This document shows positions 32,135 through 45,879 of a stretch of 64,000 nucleotides of DNA, in pieces. The notes below the pieces were generated by a model. The model saw only the letters and a program-made list of their open reading frames with translations, was not told where the DNA came from and did not search any database. Source of the stretch: Eledone cirrhosa (Eukaryota); assembly GCA_964016885.1 (NCBI GenBank), contig OZ024743.1, positions 166,656,001 to 166,720,000 of the forward strand, written 5' to 3'. Numbering within the stretch: the first letter of the stretch is position 1; each line of letters opens with the position of its first letter. A program made the position numbers and the translations under genes.

Positions 32135-32413
32135 CTATCATCATCATCATCATCATTTAATGTCCGTTTTCCCTGTTAGCAAAGGTAGGATGTGTCTTCA
32201 CAGTCCGAGTCAGTTTCAAATGGGTGAGGCTGCTATGTCTTTGACACAGTTGAAGAATCCTCTTGATAAACATGATAAACACATCCAGCATGCTTTGTAA
32301 AGTGGTTGATGATAGGAAACGCATCCATTTGTAGAAAACCTGCAAAACAAAGGGTCAAGAGGATTCTTCAACTGTGACCAAAGACATAGCAACCTCATCC
32401 ATTTGAAACTGAC
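32135..32413. mobile_element. Rearranged RTE-related 3' end with about 58-bp inverted repeats
   Basis: (CAT)n tail in minus orientation; arms 32209-32266 and 32355-32413; spacer resembles the RTE 3' UTR motif in plus orientation. Confidence 0.6.
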
Positions 32414-34019
32414 ATTATGGAGGCTGTCAATTCTTGGACATTACTGAAGGCTCCTCCTATCCCTTTGTTTGAGAACCTTCTGCAGCTTGGATGGGGTGAG
32501 TAGCTACTAAGGGTAGAAGTATGGTTGGGATGTACAACGATGGTAAGGATAGTTACTAAAGATTTTAGGGCTGGTGTATCAAAACTAGTGTCAGGAAGGG
32601 TATTTAGTCATAAAACACTGTTTCAAAGGTTTCCATTTACCCATGACACTATAGAAACTAAAATGGTGACAATGTTCTCACACGCACACACCTATTACTG
32701 GGACTTCACCTATTACAGAAATTCCTGTGTTTCTAAAGCAAGCAAGATACTAAACCCTAACCTAAAAGTTTTGTATAACCACCCTATGATTGACTGAAAT
32801 CTTTAGCAGATTGAAAAGTTATAATGTTAATAACAGAAATATTTTAAACAGGACTCAAATACTACAACAGTTATCCAGAAGTAACAGCCAAATCTCTTTC
32901 AAATTGAACTCAAATACATTAAAAAAGGATACATTGAATAGTGTTATCAAAGCTATATTATACCTGAAAAAAAATAGTTTGAATGATCATGTCTGGAATG
33001 CCATTGAACATATGTCTTCTAGGTCATATATGACATTGGCTAAACAACAACACCAATCCTAAAACATAAGGAAAAGCAATGTAATATAGTACAAGCTATG
33101 ATACAATATCGATGTTCAAACTAGTATTGCAAGGAAATTCCTCTCATTTATCAGGAAACATTCCTGAATGGCCAGTGGTTTCACCAGTTGTTCAACAAGT
33201 TAAAATAAATTGGGATTTACCTGCCTGCAGAACATATCCAATGTTATTTGCCCATTTATTCCTGGGAGGGACATGGGGGAAGAGTCCTCAGACACTCCTT
33301 GTAGAGGGTCCTATCAGAAGCAACCATCTTCAACTGATCCAGCTGGATCCCCAAGCGAGATCAACCAAGCTTATGTATGTTATCCAACCAACTTGTTTGC
33401 AGCATACCTCTGATTCTCTTGCCAGTTAGCTTTGCTTGTAAAATGTATCCAGTGATTCGTATCTTAGACATTCTAACTATATGCCTGCAATATTTGAGCT
33501 GTGTTCTCTTGATTCAGAGAAGTAGCTGTTTTGCTTAGAGCATTTCCGATCTCTGAGCTACACACCCTATCGAATAATGTCACTCCAAAGACCCTTTGGA
33601 GGAACCCCATTTCAGCTGCTAGTATTCACAATCAAATTCTTTTAGTCATTAACTACAATTCATGAACATTGAAGATAGTGAGTTTGGCTTTTACAGATTC
33701 ATATCACCAAAATATTATAATTAGATTAAAAGCAAGAAAAGCCAATATGTAGTTGCCAAAATATGGAGCTCTGCCTCCTAAAAGGTAAATGTTTGAAGAA
33801 AACATTGTATATCATAATTGGTTGTGTTTATGAAGCCGCAACAATGCAGATAGGATAGTAAATATTCATGTTGGAGTCACCACAACTAACTCTTTCAACA
33901 GTTACATAGGATTCACAGAACACTCATTCGAAAATCCTCTATGACAATATAACAAAACATTCGATCACACAACAGCACTCACTAAATACTAAACATATTT
34001 GATGACCAGAAGAATCATT

Positions 34020-34340
34020 GAACACATGCATACATCCCAACAACTTAAGCCTTGTTATTGACATCGAGGTTATTGACAACAATAACTTCGTAGCAGGTTA
34101 GTTAATTAATAAATATATTTTAAGTAGCGATCACATTTTATTTGTTTATTCATCAGCATTTCACACAGCACTTATATATGGGATAATTTTACCTTATACA
34201 TAATCACCCATCAAGCCAACAAGAAACTACTACTACAAACTCTGCCCCGCCAAACTGAACAACGAAACTAAACCAATTCTTTCAATTGCTACATCAACAA
34301 TCCATTCTATCTTTACAACCCCAAAAAATCATTCACTACT
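34020..34340 (+). mobile_element. Partial LTR of the TGTAGCA family
   Basis: Similar to 37700-37995 and 48135-48340 (ttaataaatatatttta...gatca, ttcatcagcatttcaca). Confidence 0.6.
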
Positions 34341-35594
34341 TTTTGGACAGCTTTCGAATGCAGTTTCTGATAATGTACGAAGACACAGCAACAATATAAT
34401 TCACCTCACCACAGTTAGTGATCCCGACTTATTGACACAGTCCAAACAACAACAGCAATAACAATGTTAGTGGCAACAACGATCACATTTAACACCAGAC
34501 TCAGTAACAACTATAACTAATCACCAAATTCATTTCTGACCGATAGCAGTGACTAACAAGGCCCATTAAAAAAAAAGAAAACACAGAAGAAAAAGAAAAC
34601 AAAAAGAATAAATGAACTCTCTTTCTTTCGAACATTCCTTTTCTTATTTCTTCTCCTTTATTTCTGCATGCATATTCTTGTTTTGCTTTTGTGATATATC
34701 CAATGTTAATTGTTTGCATGCACACTTTGCATAAACCATGAGTCAAGACTTTCTTACTGCATGAATTCTTTCGAAACGTATTCATCAATCTCATGCATAT
34801 AATATCTGTTTTAAATGTTGTTCATCTTATGCATGTAGTTTATGTATTATAGTTGTACAGACACACACACAATTGCATCAACCATTTCTGTTATATATTG
34901 ACACATAAGCATGTAATATTTGACTCACATAGGGACATAGCGAGATATCTCGCTTCAACAAGTTTTCAACTTATGGAAAAAGCTATTAGTACATCCTAAC
35001 CTCAAACACAGCAAGCTGCACATTTCTGCATTCATCACATGCATCTGCATACAAATAGCCACAACTTTTAGTTCAATCTAGTCTCAGCTTCTCAACTCAC
35101 TGTGGTACTCTATTTCGGCTAAACATACATCGAGTTGCTCACAACTCCGTATACTTGCAGCCCAACAACGATTGCCGTCATTGTTTCAAGCTCTATACAT
35201 ACATAATTTACATGTTTACACACACATAAACACATGCATACACTTAGTGTCAATATTTTCGAGATTTCTTCACAGCACACTGAGCTTAGAAGCTATTTCC
35301 TTGATTTATGTGGAATTCCCGAGATAATTCTTTTCTATCCTTCCTTAGTGAACTGGTTTTGTCATTATGGAATAAGCTTTTTCTCATAATCACCTCGACA
35401 TAGATGCGACAAACCTGCCACTGCTTTTACAACAAAACTAGTTCCAAACACTATTCCAAACTGACTGTGGAATATCGGCTGTTCAGATTCGCTGCCAACT
35501 ATCTCAATCCTGCATTTATCAAATCATATTCTAGCATTTCGCTACCTCTCCTATTATCGATCACTACTTCCGCATCGATCTGGTGAGGAACTAA

Positions 35595-38006
35595 TGTAGC
35601 AACATCTCTCCACACATATTGACCTCTAAACAACACAGCAGAGCTGTTTCGTTTTATCTCAGGTTGGTGCCAGTGGTCTGAATTGAAAGGAGATAAGATT
35701 TTCTGTAAGTGAAGGCCATAGAAAGAGTTATTGCACAGCTCATTAGGGACCAAATTAACCTTGATGAAATGCAGTTTGGATTTGTGACAGGTAAAAGTAC
35801 CACAGATGCTCTCTTCCTCATGAAGCAACTGCAGGAGAAGTACCTAGCTAAAAGTAAACCTCTCTACCCTCTACTTAGCTTTAGTTGATTTGGAGAAAGC
35901 CTTTAATAGAGCCCCTGTTCCATTATCTGGTGGGCCCTTAGAAAGCTAGGGATAGATGAGTGGCTTGTGAAAGCTATGTATAGAGGAACAGTCAGTAAGG
36001 TTAGAATTAACAATGACTTTAGTGAAGAATTTAGCATACAGGTAGGTGTTCATCAGGGCTCCGTCCTTAGCCCTCTCCTGTTTATTATTTCCCTACAGGC
36101 TGTAACAGAAGAGTTTAAGACTGGCTGCCCATGGGAACTTCTGTATGCAGATGATCTAACTCTCATAGCTGAATCTATGGCAGAATTAGACAAGAAATTC
36201 CAAACCTGGAAGCATGGCCTAGAATCAAAAGGTTTTAAAGTTAACTTGTCAAAGAGTAAAGTTCTAGTATGTAGAAAGGATAATATGGCCCAGATTCCCT
36301 CTGGGAAATGGCCTTGCTCAGTGTGCAGGAAAAGAGTAGATAGAAATTCCATTCTATGCCCCAAATTCAAGCTATGGGTACATAAAAATGTAATGAGATC
36401 ATGGGTAGGCTATCAAAGAACGTAGGTTTTTATATGCGGCTGATACTCAGGTGCAGCAAATAGCAAGTGCCCACAGGATACTACCTTCTTCAAATACCTA
36501 GACGGTTCTATAGAAATAGTCAACACTTTCCATTACCTGGGTGATGAAATCAGCTGTGGAGGAGGGTGCTCTGAAAGTACAGTAGCCACAGTTAAAATGG
36601 GATGGAAAAAGTTCAGAGAGCTTATACTACTGTTAGCCACAAAAGGTTTCTCTCTAAAAATGAAAGGCAGATTGTATGATGCTTGTATACGAACAGCAAT
36701 GTTACATGGCAGTGAGACATGGGCATTGTGTGCAGAGGACCTGTGCAGATTGGAAAGGAATGAAGCATGCATGCTCCGTTGGATGTGTAATAGTAATATA
36801 CACGAATGGCAAAACATAAACAAACTAAGTGAGAAATTAAGAATAAGAGGGATCAGATGCTGTTTACTTGAGAGGAGATTACATTGGTATGGTCATGTGA
36901 TGCGCATGAGAGACGACAGCTGTATAAAAAATTGTAGGGTGATCAAAATTGATGAAAGCTATGGAGTAGGAAGGCCCAGGTAGACCTGGAGTAAGGTGAT
37001 AAAAGCTGACCTTGCACAATTGTACCTATCGAAGACAATGATACAGGATCGAGATCTTTGGCGTTATGCAGTAATACAGAAGACACGCCTTCCCATGCGC
37101 AAAGACTCAAAAATACATCTAGTAGGCACCTCTTAACCCTTCCATACACCTCCACCCACTTCTGTTCACACCATCCTTATATGTAAAGTTATGTTGGCAT
37201 CACAACAAAAAAAGCATCCAGTCCACACTGTAAAGTGGTTGTGTGGATGTCATGATAAAAAGCACCCAGCCCACACTGTAAAGTGATCATGTAGGTGTCA
37301 CAACAAAAAGCACCCAGCACACACTGTAAATGTGGTTGGCATTAGGAAGGGCATCCAGTCATAGAAACCTAGCCAGAAATAGTTATATATGAACAAGATA
37401 CAGTCCCCTGACTTGACTTGCCTCTAATGAGACAACCCGTCTAACCCATGCTAGTGTGGAAAATGAACGCAAAACGCTGATGATGATGATGATGATGATG
37501 ATGATTCGACTCTGGTTTTTGGTAGAGAAGGATATCAGAGCAGTTGCAGAAATGATTTCAAGCAGTTAAGATGTAATCCACTGTCTTACAAAGACCCTGT
37601 GGGTCTCTCTCTCTCAGTCTTTCTCGCTGCCCGACAAAAAACGACTATCAACCCCTTACAGAAATACAGTAAATATCATATTTTAAATCATTGCACACAC
37701 ACACATGTATCACAACTTAAGCCTTGTTTATCCATGATAGCCTCATAGCAGGTAATTAACTTAATAAATATATTTTAGTGGCAATCATGTTTTATTTTTT
37801 CATTCATCAGCTTTTCACACAGCAATTATATATGGTATAAATTTTACCTTATGCACAATTACCCTGCAAGCCAACAACAATCACTACTACAAACTCTGCC
37901 ACACTCAAATGAACAACAAACTCAAACCAATTATTCCCTTCCAGCGATACATCTATTCCACATTCATATTTACAAGAACAACTACACTACATTTCTATTT
38001 GCTACA
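35595..38006 (+). mobile_element. LTR (TGTAGCA...TGCTACA) split by an RTE insertion
   Basis: Start matches 39565; 3' half matches 47960-48449; preceded by purine-rich ggtgaggaac; no matching TSD. Confidence 0.65.
35710..37504 (+). mobile_element. 5'-truncated RTE LINE (RT, 3' UTR, (TGA)n tail)
   Basis: GVHQGSVLSPLLF, LYADDL, AMLHGSETWA; close relative of 28415-30176. Confidence 0.93.
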
Positions 38007-38075
38007 TATACATACATACATACATACATACATACATACATACATACATACATACATACATACATACATACATAC
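38007..38075. repeat. (TACA)n microsatellite
   Basis: Seen directly. Confidence 0.95.
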
Positions 38076-38599
38076 ATTACTCTCTAACAATAAGAAAATC
38101 ACAGAGCTGACAAATGCACCTCCTCATGGTCCCACAACCTGTTAGAATAGCAGTCAAATATTCTTCAAATTGCACTCTACCATCTTCATAAAAATAGGAG
38201 TGATGGACACATGACACAATGGATAATCTAGTTCTAAATGCACTACAGTAAGAAAAGAAATAAAGAATAAAAGAAAAAAGAAAGATAGAAAGAAAGAAAA
38301 AAGGAGGGATGGTCACAGCTGAAATACTTTTGATCTGCTGAATCAGTGTTGATCTGGTGTCAAACAACAAAATCACATCTAATTACACCGAAAATCTTAG
38401 TATTTACTAAAAATTACAATAGAGCAATACAAGAATATTAAATGAGCAGAACAATGCTATTATTTCTAATATGGAAACCTCACTCTCCCTGCAACCCATT
38501 CTAGTCAGTACAGAGTTTACATGTAATAACCTACCATTAGTCCAAACTTCCTCTACTCACAGAACTAAACTGGGTTAACACTGAACTAATACAACAGGG

Positions 38600-38602
<3 letters not shown>

Positions 38603-38696
<94 letters not shown>

Positions 38697-38718
38697 TCTC
38701 TGTCTCTTTCTCTCTCTC
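38603..38718. repeat. (CT)n microsatellite
   Basis: Seen directly. Confidence 0.95.
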
Positions 38719-39324
38719 AGTGACTTTTTTTATCACACCCACACATTCACATTTACCTCATACACACACATACACATCTAACCCCCTCATATACATTTAT
38801 ACACTTACATCCATACATACAAACATACCCAACAGATTGTAATTGTATAACAAGTAGCATGAAACTTCTGCCATACATAACATTTAATAACCCGCCCCTC
38901 TTTCTTCTTCTCTTTCTCACGCACACAGAACAATAATTACCACCTACACATACCTCCACTCTTGATAAATTGTAAAACAACCCTACCAACAATGCCAATG
39001 CTGCAATTAGCAACATTTAAATTTTTATACACTAACCTTTTATTCCCCAAACACACATATTTAATATGGGAGCAAAATAGAACTAGAACCAGAATTGTCT
39101 TATATCACACATAGCTCTTACACTTCATTTTCTTTGTCAACTTGACACATTTGATTACTTACATATATCACTTACACGCGCTTGGCTATATTCAGACCTA
39201 CAAACATACACACACACACTTAATCCATAGATATATTATGTCTTTAAAAATGATGGAATCATCATAGGTTTGCTGGATGAAGGTTGACTTGGGGCTAAAC
39301 ACATCCAAACTCCCCCATAAAACA

Positions 39325-39564
39325 GTCAACCACATTACACACTTCACTACATATCAAGACCATCATACGACACACTTATACTATTTATCAAGACCATCAT
39401 TCTACACATTGTACACCACATCACTACACTGTATTTCACACCACTACGCTACATTATACTCCACACCACCACATTACACTCTACATCACAACACCATTAC
39501 ACTGCACTCCACACAACCATATTGTACACCACACTACCACACTGTACACAACACCACTACACTG
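39325..39564. repeat. Degenerate (CACTA/CACCA)n pentanucleotide repeat, continuing at about 40256-40362
   Basis: Seen directly; split by the solo LTR. Confidence 0.7.
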
Positions 39565-40255
39565 TGTAGCAAAATCTCTCCACACACACTAACCCCTAGA
39601 TGGCACGAGATGCTATTTTTAATTATCTCGGGTTGGCGCCTGTAGTTTGGAGAAACTGGCCAGCTTTAAGTAAAATGAGATAAGATTTTCTTAAAGCAAT
39701 TCTGCTCTCATTTCTCAGAAGAGAAGGACATCACTGTAAGTTGCTCAAGCAGTAGAGAGATGTAGCACTTAGCCAAATACTCGAGCTTTATCGACAGGGT
39801 TGGCTACTTTGATAAAGGTTAGTTTAAGGCATCTGGTCAGACTACTACTGCATTCACACAAACCAACCACACAACACGCAATTCACTTTGTTCTTTTCCT
39901 ATTTTGTCAGCAATAGCTTCAATGTAAGTTATTTCTTAATAAAATCATTATCATAGCGATGTTTGTTATCATTCATCAGATATTGTTAATGGCAGTTTAC
40001 TTCCAACTTTCAAATTTCAACTACTGACTATGGCAACGAGAACAGCCACACATTTCAACTCACTGAGACACACACATTCAACTCATTTGCTATAAGTCAC
40101 AAATTTCCTACAGTTCTTATGTGGCAGAGAGCAATTCATAATCAAGCCAACAACAAATTACTACAAAAACAAATTACTACAACATAAACTACCGAATAAC
40201 AGACAAATATCAGTTCTAACCATCCACCAATAACATCAAAATCTACATTGCTATA
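39565..40255 (+). mobile_element. Solo LTR
   Basis: TGTAGCA...TGCTATA ends; exact 4-bp TSD ACTG (39561-39564 and 40256-40259). Confidence 0.78.
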
Positions 40256-40363
40256 ACTGTACATTACAATGCACTCAACATCACCACACTGTTCTCCACA
40301 CCCTATACTTTACACCACACTTATACAACACTGAACTCCATACCACACATTCTACATTCTACA

Positions 40364-40539
40364 TAATTATTTCTACTTTTGGCACAAGGCCAGCAATTAC
40401 CCAGTATATTACTGGTACTTTATTTTATCGACCCCGTAAGGATGAAAGGCAAAGTTAACCTCGACGGGATTTGAACTCAGAATGGCAAGGGACGTAACTC
40501 TCTGCATCAAAGCATGGCATCCGACCCTCTACCGATACT
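40364..40539 (-). mobile_element. Nin-domain SINE
   Basis: Family match. Confidence 0.87.
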
Positions 40540-41169
40540 ACACCCTCACTACCACCACCACCAGTATTAGCAACATCAAGAACACAATCCAGTAAGGATG
40601 CTTCTATATGGTCACTCAACTTGTTAAAAACGGCAGGTAAATCTCCATCTAATCACACCTTACTATCTTAGAAAAGGGAAAGATATTGGATAATGGAATC
40701 CTAGAAAAAAATCTTTGAAAAACAAACAAAAGAGATGTTGTGGTTACAGCTGGAATGATAAGTGTATTGTTCCCATCATTTTTAGGGGCGTAGATGTTCA
40801 TAATTTTCTGACAAAAATTTGTTGGGGGGTTGCAGCACCCCAACAATATGCCACTGGCTGGAGTACATTTAATCCTAAGTAAACAACATGTGATATGACT
40901 TTTGAATGAACAACAATAACAACTGCAAGAATGTGGATGAGCAGTAGGAGGAAGAAACAGTTCATGATATATAAAATAATTAAGAATTAAACCTTAACAT
41001 ATTGATATCGAAGAAGAAAATGGCTCAATAATCAGGCCCAAGTATTTAAGTTTTGTTAACTTTGTTATAGAAAATATTCAGAAAAAAATCAATAAGAAAT
41101 TGAAATAAAGAGAAAATTTAAAAGAAAAAAGAAACAAAATGTTAAAAGGGATTATTTAATCTACAACAA

Positions 41170-41626
41170 ATATGGTTTTGATATTGTATTGATATTGTAC
41201 TGAGATTATATCGATATAGTTTTGATTTGTATCGATATTGTTTCAATATTGCATCAATACACTATCAATGTTGTAAAGATATTTTTCAATAATGTACTGA
41301 TATTGTATTGATATTGCTTCGATATTGTATCCATATTGCATTGATATTGTTTCAAAATTGTATCAATATTGTTTCTGTATTATATCATTGTTGTATCACT
41401 ATTGATATTGCATTGCTACTGTATCGATATTGTTTCGATATAGTACCTATAATATTGTTTTGATATTGTATCGATATAGTATCAATATTGTTTAGATATT
41501 GTATTGATATTGTTTCAATATTGTAGTAATAGTGTATCACTATTGTATTGATATTGTTTCGATACTATATCAATACCATTTCGATATTGTATCAAAATTG
41601 TATCAATACTGTTTCGATATTTTGAT
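41170..41626. repeat. Minisatellite with 11-bp unit close to GATATTGTATC
   Basis: Roughly 40 degenerate tandem units seen directly. Confidence 0.88.
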
Positions 41627-41790
41627 ATAAACAGAATGGCAGACATTAATGTTTCTGGGTGATTACACTTCATCAGCACTGTATACTGCTTATACAAACA
41701 CAAGTGCAAGACTGACAGGGTCAATCTACTCACATGGCTTAAAGAGGCTGTTTGCATGATTGAAAACGAATCGAATATTATTATTACTAT

Positions 41791-41940
41791 GCTTTGCAGC
41801 ACAGTTACGTCCCTTTACGGATTGAGTTCAAATCCCACTGAGGTTAACTTTGCCTTTCATCCTTACGGGGTCGATAAAATAAAGTACCAGTAATACACTG
41901 GGATAATTGCTGGCCTTGTGCCAAAAGTAGAAACAATTAT
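41791..41940 (+). mobile_element. Nin-domain SINE, 5'-truncated
   Basis: Family match; flanked by ttattactat repeats. Confidence 0.85.
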
Positions 41941-42054
41941 TACTATTTGAAATACTCAGATTGACATTTCTTATATTCAGCCATGTAGAGCGAAAAAACT
42001 ATTTGTTAGTTATTTGAATAACTAAACTGGACATTAATCACTCGTATACATGAA

Positions 42055-42165
42055 ACTGACTGGCCTATCTGCTGATATGCAAATCTGGCTGATCAGTGGG
42101 TCTGCTAATATGCAGATCTGACTGATCAGGCAGTTTGCTAATATGCAAATCAGGCCAATCAGTCA
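42055..42165. repeat. Degenerate short tandem repeat containing ctgctaatatgcaaatc
   Basis: Three to four recognisable units. Confidence 0.6.
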
Positions 42166-42390
42166 CTGTATATTCCAGAAAATATCAAATATTTCACTAG
42201 CTCTGACTGTTGGCAGGTAAGCAGTATACCATACGGATGAAGGATAATCACTCAGAAACATTAGTGTCTGCCATTCTGTTTATATGCCAACACAAGAGCA
42301 AGAATGACGGGGGTCATTCTACTCACATGGCTTAAAGAGGCTGTTTGCATAATTGTAAACGAATCAAATATTATTATTAATATTCGAAAA

Positions 42391-42606
42391 AGGGTGGTGG
42401 ATTGGCAGTATCGGTAGAGGGTCGGACGCCATGCTTTGTAGCATAGAGTTACGGCTCTCTACGGTCTGAGTTCAAATCCCGCCGAGGTTAACTTTGCCTT
42501 TCATCCTTACGGAGTCGATAAAATAAAGCCCCTGTAATGTACTGGGGCTGATTTAATCGACTTCCCCCTCCCCCTAATTACTGGCCTTGTGCCTATATAA
42601 GAAATC
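42391..42606 (+). mobile_element. Nin-domain SINE, full-length longer variant
   Basis: Family match with an extra gatttaatcgacttccccctcccc segment; TSD taatattcgaaaa. Confidence 0.87.
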
Positions 42607-43429
42607 ATTATAATATTCGAAAAACTCAGATTTACATTTCTTGTATTCAGCCATGTAAAGCGATAAAACTATTTGTTATATATACATAGAGTTATTCAAA
42701 TTCCTTTTGTGTAATCAATTAAATTGATTGTTCAACAAGAATCAAAGACCGCTTATAGTAGTGTTTACTCAATGTATGAGTTATTTCAATTGGTAGATCC
42801 TGCTGTAGTTATATAGTTTTCAAGTGTAACAATTTACGGAGTATATAGAGAAAATTACAAAACTATTATTAAAAACATCTTAATCCAGATGAGTGGGAAT
42901 AGCTTTTATTGTGTAACACTTACGCGTGTTTCATCATATCTCTTACATATAAGTCTTGGACCGCTAATTTTTTTATTATTTCATTACTTTAATTAAAATT
43001 AATTCACATCCAACTACTTAGATATGTAGTTACAATGAAGATAAAAAAAGAAGATAAGAAGAGACAAAAGAAAGAAAGTAAAAAAAAGAAGATAAGAGGA
43101 GACAAAAGAAAGGAAGATAAAATACTAATAGGAAGTAGTAAAAGTGATACATGAAAGAAAAAAAAGAATTCACATAGTCATTATTATAAGACCCCAAAAG
43201 TGACAACATCAAACAACAACAATTATTTAGTTCAATGTACATTAATCAATCTGACAGCTATATGGTCCTTAACTGCTGGTATCATAGTCAGGTTTTTTTT
43301 TTCAAAGTAGTTGAGAGCATAGATACTCTCATATCATAGTAGTAAAAGAATAAAAGCGTTATTGTGGTAGAAAGAGGAAGTGAGTGAATAGGTTTTAGGT
43401 TCTAATCACTCATTAGTTAGGATCGTAAT

Positions 43430-43900
43430 AAGAGAATGCTCTAAATCGCTTATGTGTGCAAATAAAAATTCTTTCCTGTCTCGTATTAATTAATTTTCCC
43501 CCCATTATTATGTGGTAAACTTTCAAAGTACAAATATGACAAGTTTTTACGTCAGAATGATATTTTCAGGCAAATTCCAAGAAGTCTTGTACTTTTTTGG
43601 GGATTCTATCAATTCCCAAATTTTACCTGCCAGCACTGTGGAGTTCCTTAACTTCGGATTTTTTAATGAATGTGTGTGTACATACCACCTTTTCTTTAAA
43701 AAGTTTGATGTTGCTCCTATATATCTGAATACTTAGTTCTATACTTCGATTTAACATTGGTATATTGTTTTCACTCATATACTTATTCTGTAGGGAGTAT
43801 TCATCTGGTTTTCTGCAGTTGCAACTTAATTGTTTCCTGTGGATAGTTTCCTTATTGCTGGAGTTCCTAGAGTTGTTAAATAATTCATGGGGTTGTTAAA
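43430..43900 (-). mobile_element. Degraded Penelope-like GIY-YIG endonuclease fragment
   Basis: Minus-strand remnants CNCRKP, YIGATSNF, KKRWYVHTHSL...STVLAGKIWEL and CHICTL, read by eye across frameshifts. Confidence 0.6.
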
Positions 43901-44399
43901 TATACAATACATACATTCATATGTTTATCACTATTTCAGAGCACCAATACAAATTTCTAATTGAAGCTGGGCTGGCAACTGGTCTGTATGCAAATGAGTT
44001 TCATAAACATAAATGGAATTCTATAAGAATCCAGCTTCGATAGTTTCAGCAAAAGTGGAGGGATATGTAGTCTTGATAACCACAAAGAAGTGAGAAATGG
44101 TGGCTGTTGATAACTTCCCTCTGGCTTTGTTGAAGATAGGTATGTGACATTCCTCACTACCTTAAAATTCATAGTGAAAGGCTTTCAGAATGTTTTAAAA
44201 TAAACATACATTATATTGTTAAATATACAATACGTACATTCACTTACTGAACCTTCTACTCCTATCTTGCTCCCTCCTGAGGTACAGTGCTCACAGCTGC
44301 CTACCATGGAGAAGTTTACCTGCACATCTTCTTCCAAGGACATCCCAATACCGGATACTGACACATACCTGTGTAGGATTGTACAATATAAGGACTCTT

Positions 44400-45700
44400 T
44401 CACCAAACGGATGTGATGGCGTGTTTACCATTTTGACCGCCCCTCTGTCACAGATTACCATACACCTGACACAAACATTTCTGATTTAAGGAGGAACCTT
44501 CCTCACAATGTGCACATGGAGGAATTTGAGGGAAAACTAATCAACATGATTAAAAACCTCAAGTTCCAGCCATGCTCAGTCTATAGTTGCAACTCTCCTT
44601 ACCAACATGAGCTAGATGGTCTAATACAAAGTATGTACACCTCACCGGGAATAATTATGTCTGCCAATAAGATGGGTAACTTTTACTCTATGGATTTCCA
44701 TACTTACCACCAGTGTTTAAGTAAAGTGGTGCATAAGCACTACAACATCACACATAAAGGCCACTGGGGTTATCATGGCAGAGCTAGATATAGATGACAG
44801 GATGAAACCTTATAGACTGAGGACTCCCCGTATCCTAATTAAGGACCATAAGCCTGACTTCGTCTCCCAGCTCCCCGTTAAGTTTAGATCTAGATAGAGC
44901 CAGTAAGTGCATCTTGGACAGAATCATCCCAGAGTTGAAAAGCAAAATCAGGGCCAACCTTTGGTCATATACCATGGATGTGATCAACTGATTCAACAAT
45001 ATGAACAGTAACCAGGAGATGAGATTCGTGCAGTTTGACATCTACAATTACTATGCCTCCAATTCCCCGGTGCTCATGAAGAAGGCTCTACACCTTGTTA
45101 TACGAAAATCCAGCCTTATCAGAAGTAGACATCATTACGCTTGCACATAAAACACTCATAGAGTTTGATGGCCAACTCTGGGAAAGGAAGGATAGACCTG
45201 ACTGTTTTGATTAACGATGGGGTCCAGCAACTCTACGCAAATAACCGACCTCATTGGGGTTTTCCTGCTTCATAACATTTGGCTGGAGTTGCTTGGGATG
45301 GGGGTGGACACTATAGAGATGATACTCTTTTCACCTTCCGTAAAACTCACACGGGGAATCTTGAGAGACCTAGGAAGCAGTTCAGGCGTTTCTTCCGGAA
45401 CTATGGATTGAGCATTATGATCAAACCTAGTTGAAGAACCATGGAGTTTCTTGAAACGTCCATGGAACTTGACATTGGAGTAGATAGGCCCTTTCAAAAA
45501 CTTAATGAGTGCCTCAGATATGTTCACCACCAATCGAACCATCCTAAATCGATTCTTGGGTCCATCGTCAAAGGTGTATCTGATAGAATTTCCATTTTGT
45601 CCACCAATGCCCACATCTTCGAACAGCATGCTGTACAATACAATGAGGCCCTGGCCAGAGCGGGGAATTCTAACCGGACCACATACTTTGATAGGGATGG
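44400..45700 (+). mobile_element. Degraded Penelope-like RT
   Basis: FVQFDIYNYYAS, MGSSNSTQITDLIG, YRDD codons (tatagagatgat) and YVHHQSNHPKSI. Confidence 0.7.
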
Positions 45701-45879
45701 CGCATGGGTGTGGGAGGGACCGACAGCACTCTACGGACCCGAACTTCCCAGTTGGCCTCCTAACACACTGATGTGTGAATGGACAGAATGCTGGCATTAG
45801 TGCTACCAGGTGAATCTCCTGGTTTCTTTTTAAAGAGATATTCCTCTGTAAACTGCCCCCCCCCTCCCCACAAGCCCAG

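Noticed and set aside
41170-41626. CRISPR-like array
   Set aside because: Head-to-tail 11-bp minisatellite without unique spacers, in a eukaryotic context with no cas genes.
42880-42945. gaaacacgcgta resembling a hammerhead 3' half
   Set aside because: No CUGANGA or stem II at a suitable distance on the same strand.
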